The notes beneath the pieces are model-generated. The model worked only from the letters and a program-made list of their open reading frames with translations, did not search any database and was not told the DNA's origin. 64,000 bases of DNA from Octopus sinensis (lineage: Eukaryota): positions 47,802,001 through 47,866,000 of the forward strand of contig NC_043015.1 in assembly GCF_006345805.1 (NCBI RefSeq), in the 5' to 3' direction. The first letter of the stretch is position 1; each line of letters opens with the position of its first letter. A program made the translations under genes and the position numbers. Shown here piece by piece: positions 1 to 11,678 of the stretch.

Positions 1-371
1 TGGAGATAAATCTATAGAAGTTGAATTTCTTTATCTGTCCATTTTATGCAAATCCTTCTTTGGAGATATTTCTTTAAACACTGAATATTATGCTCTCTGT
101 TAGGCATATCCTAAATCAAACCCATGTTGATAATCTGTCGCATACAGCCCATGTATGCAAGCTTGTCTGTATAAACATCCCTCATTCTTCAATTATACAC
201 CAACAAAAATATAGCGAGTTATGGACTTATCCTTTTGCCCCTCACAAATTTGGCTTTGTAGAGCCTTTAGCCAAATCTGAAAATTCACAGAAAAAAAATT
301 TAGAAAAAATTTCTATTTCATTCGTTAAACAACAAAAATTGCAGTCTGCTGTCATTGCATGAAACTTCATT

Positions 372-427
372 TCACTTTCGTGCACTTTCAAAGTTTTGGA
401 CAAACCAATCACAGGCATCTTTGATAC
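372..427 (-). CDS. GFUS: GFUS last coding exon (GIKDACDWFVQNFESARK*)
   Basis: 56 nt, TTTTTAG acceptor, TGA at 374-372. Matches the GFUS C-terminus (W-F...ARK). The nine exons sum to 963 nt = 320 aa + stop. Confidence 0.95.
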
Positions 428-515
428 CTAAAAAGAAACATAATTAACAATGGAATTAAAAACTTTATAAAACTTCGACTTTTTAGGATCGTCTTAATTT
501 TGATCCTATGTTTAA

Positions 516-719
516 CCCTTTCGTTACTGTATTTATTTTGAGATGCTCTGTGTTTCTTTCAATTATTTTAAATATAACAAAGAATTTAATAAAATAACTT
601 AGTTATCATTCAGCTAGTGAGACTAAGGCTTGGTGGAATATTTTAATTCAAAACTTATGAAAACAAGACATTTTACCACAGAGCCAGAGCTGGTTTTGGC
701 CGGGTTAGTAACAAAAGGG
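516..719. mobile_element. piggyBac-like MITE (family recurring at 17388-19055)
   Basis: TTAA|CCCTTT ... AAAGGG|TTAA ends with TTAA target duplication. Confidence 0.7.
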
Positions 720-829
720 TTAAAACATAACATTGTAACAACATGGTTTCTGTATATCTTGTTATATAATGGCTTAGTAAATATTGTCACTAAGAAATTA
801 ATTATAAACATCTTCGGTGGCACATAAGA

Positions 830-1130
830 GAACCATCCGAACGTGGCCATTGCCAGCGCCGCCCCGACTGGCCTCCGTGCCAGTAGCACGTAAAAAGCAC
901 CATCCGATCGTGGCCGTTTGCCAGCCTCATCTGGCACCTGTGCAGGTGGCACCTAAAAAGCACCCACTACACTCACGGAGTGGTTGGCGTTAGGAAGGGC
1001 ATCCAGCTGTAGAAACACTGCCAGATCAGACTGGGCCTGGTGCAGCCTTCTGGCTTCCCAGACCCCAGTTGAACCGTCAAACCCATGCTAGCATGGAAAA
1101 CGGATGCTAAACGATGATGATGATGATGAT
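830..1130 (+). mobile_element. RTE-LINE 3' tail (5'-truncated copy) ending in (GAT)n
   Basis: Matches the 3' UTR joined to RTE RT coding sequence at 53606-54451. Other copies at about 8161-8347(-), 9573-9790(-), 15290-15525(+), 17551-17844(+), 18351-18644(+), 19766-19880(+), 21597-21900(-), 52406-52690(-), 61878-62097(-). Confidence 0.75.
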
Positions 1131-2582
1131 CTTTATTAAAAACTGTACTCACAAAAGGAACTATCCATGCAATATTCAATCATCATCATTTAACGTTTAT
1201 CTTCAATACTGGCAAGAATTGGATGGTGCAACAGAATTTGATGAGCCAGAGGACTACATCAAGCACCAATGTCTGCTTTATCATGGTTTCTATGGCTGGC
1301 TGCCCTTCCTAATGCCAACCACTTTACAGAATGTACTATGTGCTTCTTTTTGTGGAATTGGCATTAGCGAGATCAAGTAACTCACAAGAGAATAGGAGTA
1401 CAATATTGAAAAAGATGGCTTTATGTTGGGTGAGGAGAGGCTAAAGTATGATATGGGAAACAGGATCGGGCATCTTGCTATAGAAGAGATACATGCATTA
1501 CATAAGGGTGGGTGGGAGAACTGGAAAGAGAGATAAGGATGGTGATGATAAGGTATCAGGGCATACAGCCATAGTACAAGAAGGTGAGTAAAAAAGGGAA
1601 TAGGGGAAGATGATTGGGAAAGGGTAGTGGTAAATTTGCAGGAGTGTGAGACACGATTATGATAGTCAATTGTTTTAATTTTCTAAATTAGTTGCATAGT
1701 AAAAAAATTAGGAAGACCTTATCCATGTGAGCTAAGAGTTGTAAATTAATGTAACACCTCATCATCATCCATATTCAGGGTTTCATCAGTCCTGAAGGGA
1801 GAAACCCCTCTATGGACTCCTTCCACTGCTGTGTCTCTGGTCAGTCATGACCATGTAGGCCCCAGGCAGAGGGTGAAATCATCTTGCCATTTGTCTTTGG
1901 TCAGCCTCTTGAGCTTGTCCATTGTCTTGGGTCCATTCCATCACCCTAATTGTCCATCTGTTGTCCTTCATCATCATTTAACATCCATTTACCATGCTTG
2001 GCATGGGTTGGTCAGCGTGACAGGAGGTGACAAGCCAAGGGGCAGTGCCAAGCTTCATTGTCCGATTTGGCATGGTTTCAATGGCCGGACGTCCTTCCTA
2101 ATGACAAACACTTTACAGAGTGTACTCAGGGCCATTTTTGTTCTTCTGTTGCACCTCCTCATGGTATCTATTCATGGCAATGCTGAGTTGGCCAACAAGA
2201 ATCAGGTGACTTGAACCTAAAGCGCAACATGGTGGTGACTGAACAGAAAACCTTATTAACTCACCCTACTTAGGAACAACAATTTCCACATTATATAAAT
2301 GTGATATCACAGAAGACTCTCTGTAAAGCAAGTCATTCCACTTCCACCCTTTCCCTACAGGTATTCAATTCAGCAATGTAAGCAAAACACTCATCAGTTT
2401 CACAATGCTTCCACTGCTTACAGCAATGTGCTTTACCTCCTGCAATCACTCTTTAGAGTTAGATAATACAACAGAGAGTTAAGTGACACTATGCTGTGCT
2501 GGCGACAGAATATTAACAGCTCTGCTCGGGTCAGTTTATTCAACTTAAATGACACAGTAAATTTCAAGTTATTTTAAACAAT

Positions 2583-3102
<520 letters not shown>

Positions 3103-4929
3103 CTAAACACGAGTTAAGGAAAACACAAATTTAATGAAATATTTAGCGAAATTGAAATCTAAAGACAAATAACAGTGACATCATCGTCATCATTGTCGTC
3201 ATCATCACCATCATCAAAGCAAGATAAAATAAACTATATACCAAAGCAGTTTCAACATTACTTGATTGCTTACTCCACAAGACACATTCTTTATATGCTG
3301 GATTACCAGTCATTTTAGTAAATCAACTCCCCACATCTCAAACACATTCACTAACTCCCGGAGGATTGAAGCTGTCATGCACAGTTGAGTTCATCTCATT
3401 CATTCTTGGGGGACTAACCTGAATCTTTATTCATACAGGTGCAGACTGGAGACCAGGAGAGAGACAGACAGACAGAAGCAGATTGGATACCAGAAGAGAG
3501 AGAGAGAGAGAGAGAGAGGAACAGACCAGAGACCAAACAAGGGAGAGAGGAACAGACTGGACAACAACTGTATGTTATGTAAGTGTTCTGCTGGTATAGC
3601 CTGTGGGTGTGGCCTGTGACTTAATTGTCTGTGTAGTCATTCCCTGTGTGTTGCTATGGGGTGTGACTTATGGGCATGGCCTGTGGATGTGATCAGTGGG
3701 TGTGGCCTATAGGTATGACCTGTGAATGCAGCCTCTTGGTGTAGTCTGTTGGTTCAGCCTATGGGTGTGGTCTATGTATACACAGTTAACCCTTTAGTGT
3801 TCAGATTATTGATCCCATTTATTTGAATTAATCATGCATTATCTCATATCTTCAAGAGCTTGATGGTGTAATTACTTAATATAGAATAACATTGTAGGAT
3901 AGGTGTGAGAGCCTGGATCTGATCAGTTTAAACATAAAACAGATTAACTATTTTGGCCAGATATGGCCGGTTTAAATGCTAAAGGGTTAAGATAGCTAGT
4001 GTACAATTTTGTGTAGTTCATAGTTATTCATTTCAGATCAGGAGAGATTGTGGACCAGGCAGAACGAGTAAAATCCATTAACAAATGCAATGTTTTATAT
4101 GTGCACCACACACAAACATTTATATGCAAGACTTGCTTATTTTGAAGCTGTGAGACAAGATGTAATATCCCACGTAAACCCACTCACAACATTCAAAGTG
4201 ACCCCCACCCCTTTTGGTGAGCAAATAGAAATATTTCTATTCGTTCACCAAAAAGGGGGTGGTCCATGTGAATGTTGTGAGTGGGTTTCTGAGGGATATT
4301 ACATCCTGTCTCACAGCTTCAAAATGCGCAAGTATTGCATGTAAGTCTGTGTGTGTGTGTGTGTGTGTGTGTAGTATGTTTATGTTGTGTGTATGTTTGT
4401 GGTATGTTTATGTTGCTGTGTGTGTGTATGTGGTATGCTTATGTTGTCTATATGTTTATGCGGCAAGTTGGCAGAAACATTAGCACGCCAGGCGAAATGC
4501 TTAGCGGTATTTTGTCTGCCGCTACGTTCTGAGTTCAAATTCCGCCAAGGTCAACTTTGCCTTTCATCCTTTCAGGGTCAATTAAATAAGTACCAGTTAT
4601 GCACTGGGGTCGATATAATCGACTTGATCCATTTGTTTGTCCCCTCTATGTTTAGCCCCCTGTGGTGGTTCAGTTTAGTGGCTGAGTCTATGTTGTGATT
4701 TGGAGAGGGGAATATCTATGTGCTAGTAACCTTATATCTTAATCATCAACATAGGAATATTTTAAGAAATAGAACAGAAGAAATTGAAACAATTACAGTA
4801 AGTAATTATCACAGAAGCCATCATCATCTTTTAAAGTCCATCTTTCATGCTGGCATGAGTTGGAAGGTTTTACTGAATTTGATGAGCTGGAGCCCCCAAT
4901 GTTTGTGACAATTAGCAATAAAAGGATAC
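3103..4929 (-). other. U12-type (minor spliceosome) GT-AG intron, GFUS intron 7
   Basis: 5' splice site GTATCCTTTT (4929-4920). Branch motif TTCCTTAAC (3121-3113), followed by only 10 nt (TCGTGTTTAG) to the 3' splice site, with no long polypyrimidine tract. Confidence 0.93.
3790..3986. mobile_element. piggyBac-like MITE, second family (relatives near 6023-6230, 17229, 19159)
   Basis: TTAA|CCCTTTAG ... CTAAAGGG|TTAA ends. Shared internal GGCCGGTTTAAATGCTAAAGGG. Confidence 0.65.
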
Positions 4930-5009
4930 AATTACTTCTCCAGTAAAATTCATTGATTTTATCACCATATTAGCAACGTCTTTGATAGAAACTTCATCTT
5001 CTTCTCCAA
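4930..5009 (-). CDS. GFUS: GFUS coding exon 7 (VGEEDEVSIKDVANMVIKSMNFTGEVI)
   Basis: 80 nt, TTTTCAG acceptor. Followed by the U12-type donor GTATCCTTT. Confidence 0.95.
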
Positions 5010-5460
5010 CTGAAAAAATATAGCAACATAATAAACAGAAATAATATAAATTAACAGAAAGAACATAATTAAACAAAAGTACCATTATTAACAAAAGTAA
5101 CACAACATAATTAACAGAAATATTATAATTAACAAAAACAACAAAACACAGTTTTATGAGTTTTCTAATTAATTAGTTCTCTGAAAGGAGTGGTGTCTGC
5201 AATCATGTAAATTCCATTCTCTGCAACTCCTTTAAATCACCTGGGTATTAGCAACAAAGACAAACACCTGTTCTGGTTGAAGATTTCAGATTGTAAAGCC
5301 TGGTTTTTACCATTCTCCAAATTCATATATTTACCATTCAGTACTGATAACATCTCCAACTTCTTCTCTCAGACAACTTTGCAGCTGTTTTTATCCTATC
5401 AACACCAATTTTGTGATTAGATACATCAAAGAGTTTCACTTCTAAACAGTTTTATTTAGG

Positions 5461-5690
5461 GCGGCGAGCTGGCAGAATCGTTAGCACGCCGGGCAAAATG
5501 CGTAGCCGTATTTCGTCTGCCGTTACGTTCAGAGTTCAAATTCTGCCGAAGTCAACTTTGCCTTTCATCCTTTCGGGGTCGATTAAATAAGTACCAGTTG
5601 CACACTGGGGTCGATGTAATCAACTTAATCTATTTGTCTGTCCTTGTTTGTTCCCTCTGTGTTTAGCCCCTTGTGGGTAGTAAAGAAATG
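5461..5690 (+). mobile_element. tRNA-headed SINE family B (head GGCGGCGAGCTGGCAGAA, centre GCCTTTCATCCTTTCGGGGTCGAT, tail (AAGAAAT)n)
   Basis: B-box GAGTTCAAATT. Other copies at about 4462-4640(+), 11447-11678(+), 12790-13005(-), 14278-14490(+), 14839-15067(-), 20440-20865(-), 25175-25410(+), 28946-29130(+), 39357-39500(-), 43384-43617(-), 51061-52340(-, stacked). Confidence 0.8.
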
Positions 5691-6315
5691 TTTTATTCCA
5701 GTCGATTCCTTCACAAATATTTTTGAATATGTTCCTCAACATTCCATGTCCACTTCCACACCCATTTAGCTTTTGAGACAGTCCAGATGGAACATTAACT
5801 GCATCTAGTTATTCCTGTTCCCAAACCAAAGACAGCATAAAAATGCTATTTGCCCTAAACTTTCTTTTTCAGAAAAACTTATAAAAATAAAAAGAGAGAC
5901 AAGTAAATGGCGGTGCCCCAGCATGGCCACAGCTCGTGATCTGAAACTAGATAAAATAAAATAAAATAAAAAAAAAAGCAAGGAGTGGATTAAGATAAAC
6001 ACTAAGGGGATGTTACACTTTACCCTTTAGTGTTCACATTATTCTGCCAAAACTGCTTTTTCATCTACATTGTTTTGAACTAATCAGTCATTACCTTGGA
6101 GCTTTGAGATTTTGATGAGGTAGCTGTTAATTTTTAAAACGATATTGTAGGGTTGGTGTGAGAGACCAGATATCGCCAGTTTCAACATAAAACAGGGAGA
6201 ATACTTTTGGCCGGTTTAAATGCTAAAGGGTTAAACAGTTTGGTCTGACACTATTTTATTAATTTTTTATTTTTAACCCTAGTTTAATCTCTTCACAGAA
6301 CTCTCAACAGAATTC

Positions 6316-7030
6316 ATGCATCCATCCATCTTCTCCACCCATTATTCCTGGGAGGGTCATGGTGGTAGGGACCTCAGGCACCTCCTCCATAGGATCCTAT
6401 TAGAAGCAAGCATCATTATTCTCTCTGTCTGGATCCCCAAGCATGACCATATGAAACCATGGAAATTATCCAACCATCACATTCTTGATGTACCCTTAGG
6501 TGCCAGTTACCTCAGCTTAAAGAATCCATCTTGCGATTCTTTCCTGTGGCATTCTTATGATGTCTGTAGTATCAGAGCTGTGATCCCTCAATGCAGAGAA
6601 GTATTGGCCCAACTTAGAGAGACTCCTTGGTCTCCCAGCCACACACACACACACTGTCAATTAACATTACTCTAGGGATGCTTTGGAGGAATCTCATTTC
6701 GGCCACTTGTATTCCTGGTCATACTCTTTCAGTCATTATCCAATACTGATGACCATAGGTCAGGATGGGCACAACAATCAATCTGAAGACAGAGAGTTTC
6801 GCTTATTTACCAACCTCACCTCTTCTGTGGATCGAATGCTAGAACTTTTGCCTTATTGTGCCAGCAACTGCGATTCTAGCATCCAATTCAGCCTCCAACC
6901 TTCCATCATATGTGAATACAGTCAAGCTCTGAGATTCTTAAACTTCTCCATTTGTCTCAGTGATGTTCCAGAGTGCACTGGGAAGAGTTTCTTGAGAAGA
7001 CCAATGTCTCAGTCTTTGCAACATTAATCC
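6316..7030 (-). mobile_element. Degenerate RTE-type LINE 3' fragment
   Basis: Minus strand reads interrupted RT C-terminal residues (..SVFRLIVVPILTYG..RIQVAEMRFLQ..) and ends in a (GATG)n tail at 6316-6330. Confidence 0.6.
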
Positions 7031-7079
7031 ATCCCTGCCTTGCAGAATTCGTTAGCTTGTTTTTTTTTTTTATGAGCCA

Positions 7080-7710
7080 AGTAGCACCATGTCATCTACA
7101 AGTATCAGTCAACTGATCTTACAACCACCGATTGTGATACCACTTCCACAAAGGCTGCCCATGTCAATCTCTCTCTATCCGCTCAGTCGAAGTCGACTCT
7201 CGGTCACTCGTTGGATCAGTGTCTTCCAGTCAGTTCTATCCTGGGCCGCTTCCTTCAGATTGGCTATGTCCATTCCGGTATCACCCTTGATGGTGTCAAG
7301 CCAGCGGGTTCTTGGTCCACCTCTTCCTCTCTTGCCACTGACCATTCCAAGCATGATGTCCTTCTCCAGGGATTTTCTCCACATAATATGACCAAAATAT
7401 GCCACTCTATGCTTGGTGATCCTAGCTTCTAGCGACATTTTTGGCCTTATCTGCTTAAGAACTTCTCCATTGGTGAACCTTGCTGTCCATGGAATCCACA
7501 AAAGTCTTCTCCAACACCAAAGCTCGAATGCATTAATTCTCTTCTGGTCAGCTTTCTTTAGTGACCAGGTCTCGCATCCATATGTTGCTATTGAGAAGAC
7601 AATTGCATTCACCAATCTGCATTTGGTAGCGAGTCTGATGTCTCTACTCTTCCAGACCCTGCTCATGCTGACCATTGCCTCTCTGCCTAGTACTATCCAC
7701 CGTCTTATTA
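7080..7710 (-). mobile_element. RTE/BovB-like LINE RT C-terminal fragment
   Basis: ORF 7175-7675 contains LVNAIVFSIATYGCETW, RINAFELWCWRRLL, YFGHI and GKRGRGGPRTRWLD, typical of the RTE-clade C-terminus. Confidence 0.9.
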
Positions 7711-8519
7711 ATCTTATTAATCTAGTTCATTAAAATTATGAAAAAAATTGTAATTAATACATCATTCCTTAATTTATAATCTCTTCTTCATCTGTCATTA
7801 GACTACAATGATAGACAGGAATAGACCATATTACTATGGCATGAATGTTAACCTTGATTATTTCATAGTTTTGCACAAGAAATTTGTCCCACTCAGAATA
7901 AAACATTTAAGAGCCGCTGATTAAAAATGAACAAATATTTAACAAAAAAAGACCACAGACTTCCTTAAATAACAGAATATATATTCTTTGACAATATGAG
8001 GGAAAAGTTCCTGGCTTTGGATGAAAAAAAAATACAGGAATTATGATTTTATTCAACATATTCCCCTCTCAGATTCACACACTTATTGCAGCAGTCATTT
8101 AGTTTTCCTAAGCCCTGTAAAAGAACTCAGACAGTTGGGCTTCCAACCAGGCCTTTCGCATCCTCATCATCATCGTTTAACGTCCGTTTTCCATGCTGGC
8201 ATGGGTTGGACGGTTCGACTGAGATCTGGGAAGCCATAAGGCTGCACCAGGTCCCAATCTGATCTGGCAGAGTTTCTACAGCTGGGTGCCCTTCCTAACG
8301 CCAACCACTCCAAGAGTGTAGTGAGTGCTTTTTACATGCCACCGGCAATACCCTTAAAACCAGGAACTTTTCAGCATTCCTTCGTAGATGTGGGCATCAG
8401 TAACTGAACACAAAAGTTGCGAAAGCATTTCTGGATATTAGTAAAAGACATATTTCCTTTGCCATTCAGTAAAAGATCAATAACTTATTTAAGACATTAT
8501 GTTTACAAGTAGAAAATCA

Positions 8520-8696
<177 letters not shown>

Positions 8697-8773
8697 TCAT
8701 GACTCACAAATATTTCTTTACATTAAAAAAAAAAAACTATAAATAAGTGTGTAAAAACATATACATTACTGTT

Positions 8774-8945
8774 CTATATTTAAGAGACGAGGAATTATGT
8801 ACATTATTTACGTTCAACAGATATTTGTCCTCATCTCGTTTGTTGTTAACACAACGTTTCGGCTGATATACCCTCCAGTCTTCTTCAGGTGTCTTGGGGA
8901 AATTTCGAACCTGGGTTCCCATTCCCAAGTTATTTTTTGATGTCA

Positions 8946-8976
<31 letters not shown>

Positions 8977-9368
8977 TATTGTTCAGGTCACTGCTTGGAA
9001 TCAAACCCAGAATCTTGGGCTAGTAGCCTGTGCCCTTAACCACTACACCATATGCTCAAGGGCAATTATGGAGTGAATTTTAGGGCTTATATTAAGGAAG
9101 GATAGAAAAAAATATTAGATTTATAAGCCCTAAAATTCACTCCATAATTGCCCACAGGCATATGGCGTAGTGGTTAAGAGTGTGGGCTCTTTTCAATTCC
9201 AAGCAGTGACCTGAACAATAATAATACTAATAATAATATCGAAAAATACCACAGGAATGAGAACCCAGGTTCGAAATTTCCCCAAGAAGACTGGAGGGTA
9301 TATCAGCCAAAACTTTGCGTTAACAACAAACAAGACGAGGACAAATATCTGTTAAATGTAAATAATGT
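8774..9368. mobile_element. Head-to-head inverted dimer of a tRNA-headed, hammerhead-tailed SINE-like element (family H)
   Basis: Left arm about 8774-9090 (minus), right arm about 9123-9368 (plus). Flanked by the 15-bp direct repeat ATATACATTACTGTT at 8759-8773 and 9369-9383. Confidence 0.8.
8848..8893 (-). ncRNA. Minimal type I hammerhead-like motif in family H tail
   Basis: Minus strand: GACAC-CTGAAGA-A-GACTG(GAGGGTATAT)CAGCC-GAAA-C-G-T-T-GTGTT. Stem I GACAC/GTGTT, one mismatch in stem II, palindromic AACGTT as stem III. Confidence 0.6.
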
Positions 9369-9924
9369 ATATACATTACTGTTATGCTGTTACGTAGAGA
9401 AAGATAACACTGCCAAGAACAGTTTTACTAAAAGACTACCATTCAGAAAAACCTTTAAAGTTCAAGGGCGATAACTGTAGCTTTTGCGAAGTAGACCCGA
9501 GTGTATGATGACTTTTTTTTATAGAGAAAGCATTGATAATTTCAGAAACTGGAAGAAACCCATCATATATCATCATCATCATCATCATCGTTTAACGTCC
9601 GTTTTCCGCGCTAGCACGGGTTGGACGGTTTCGACCGGGGTCTGGGGAGCCAGGGGCTGCCCCAACTCCAGTCTGGTCTGGCAGTGTTTCTACAGCTGGA
9701 TGCCCTTCCTAACGCCAATCACTCCGCGAGTGTAGTGGGTGCTTTTTACGTGCCACCTGCACAGGTGCCAGAGGGGTCTGGCATCGGCCACGTTTGGATG
9801 GTGCTTTTTATGTGGGGGGGGTGCAGAAATATAGGGGAGCACCAGTGGGGAGGGGTGTTCGGAGAAACGATTACAGGTTCTAGACAAGTAGAACGTAGGA
9901 TATCACGAGAGGGGTAATGCATGG

Positions 9925-9962
<38 letters not shown>

Positions 9963-10673
9963 ATTGTGGTTCACTACAGCTGTTTCAGACGTGTTCTTTA
10001 TTAATGAACAGAAGTGTTACATCATGGAAAAAAAAAAAACCTTTTCCATCAGATGAATACAGGTAAGAATTAACAATTAGAACTTCTCAAGAACAAGTAG
10101 CACATTGTGCCAGATGACTCTGCCAGCTCAAATTCAGTGAGAGAGTGTTTACTTCATTGAGTATATATTTGTAGTAATACATCATCTGTACACAATAGCG
10201 TTATCACCAACCCAACTTTGGTGCTTTCATTTTGTCTTTGTGTTTGTCCCCACCACCACTTGACAACCAATGGTGGTTTGTTTATGTCCTCGTTACTTAG
10301 CAGTTCAGCAAAAGACACCAACAGAATAAGTACCAGGCTTAAAAAATAAGTACTGGAGTCTATTTGTTCGACTAAACTTTTCAAGGCGGTGCCCCAGCAT
10401 GGCCACAGTCCAATGACTGAAACAAGTAAAACATAAAAGATATACGATGGCCTTCTTTCAGTTTCCATCAACGAAATTCATTTACAATACTTTGGTTGGC
10501 CCGGGGCTGTGATAGAAGTCACAAGATGCCATGCAGTGGGACTGAACCCAAGACCACATGCTTAGCAAGCAAGCTTCTTACCATACAGTCACGCCTGTGT
10601 CTGTATGTGTAGGATTTGAAAACAATTAAACAATTATCAGCACAACATATTATTCTGATAATTAAAACCTTTA

Positions 10674-10850
<177 letters not shown>

Positions 10851-11446
10851 TTACACAAAATAAAAAAAACCTTATTACAAAACTATAGCATTTAAAACAC
10901 AAATTTTAATATTTCAAAAAAGTGTTTTACATTTTGTAATAAATTAGCAGAAATCAATAAATATATTTATAAAAAAAACCCTAAAAAACACGTAAAGTGA
11001 TGTGAGTCAGAATGAATAAAAGGTAAATTATATTGAATCCTAACAAATCGTCATATGCATGGTGAACAAGGAGAGCCAAAATCAAAATGGTAACTTGAAC
11101 GTTTATACTAAATACATACTTTCTGGCAAATTTGAATCTGAGAAACCACGAGAAACCAACGTCCCTTTTATGACAAATGTGTGTTCATAACACTTTTGCT
11201 TCATTCATGCAAGGGACACTGGAATACCCCGTGTTTTGACATCACTGTCCCTCATCAGTCAAAGGCACTCTGAACTAATGAATTTCACAAGATCTACTCT
11301 TCTTTACATATTTACAATTTGGTCAAGGTGTGTGTAAAGCTACAACTAGTATTTGGAATGCAGTGGTGTAAGGTTAAGACAGTGAGCTGGTATAACTGTT
11401 AGCATGCAGACAAAATGCTTAATGGTATTTCTTCCAGCTCTTTAAA

Positions 11447-11678
11447 GGCGGCGAGCTGGCAGAATCGTTAGCACACCGGGTGAAATGTTTAGCGGTATTT
11501 CCTCTGCCACTACATTCTGAGTTCAAATTCTGCCGAGGTCGACTTTGCCTTTCATCCTTTTGGGGTCGATTAAATAAGTACCAGTTACGCACTAGGGTCG
11601 ATGTAATCGACTTAATCCGTTCGTCTGTCCTTGTTTGTCCCCTCTGTGTTTAGCCCCTCGTGGGTAGTAAAAGAAATA
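11447..11678 (+). mobile_element. Young SINE B inserted in an older SINE B
   Basis: Flanked by a 21-bp direct repeat GGTATTTCTTCC(A/G)GCTCTTTA at 11424-11444 and 11679-11699. Confidence 0.85.

Noticed and set aside
3580-3790. Degenerate GTGTGGCCTGTGG repeats
   Set aside because: An old low-complexity minisatellite with no ORF or discernible structure.
9965-10010. GAAACAGCTGTA on the minus strand, a possible hammerhead remnant
   Set aside because: The CTGANGA box is too eroded (TTAATAA) to call.
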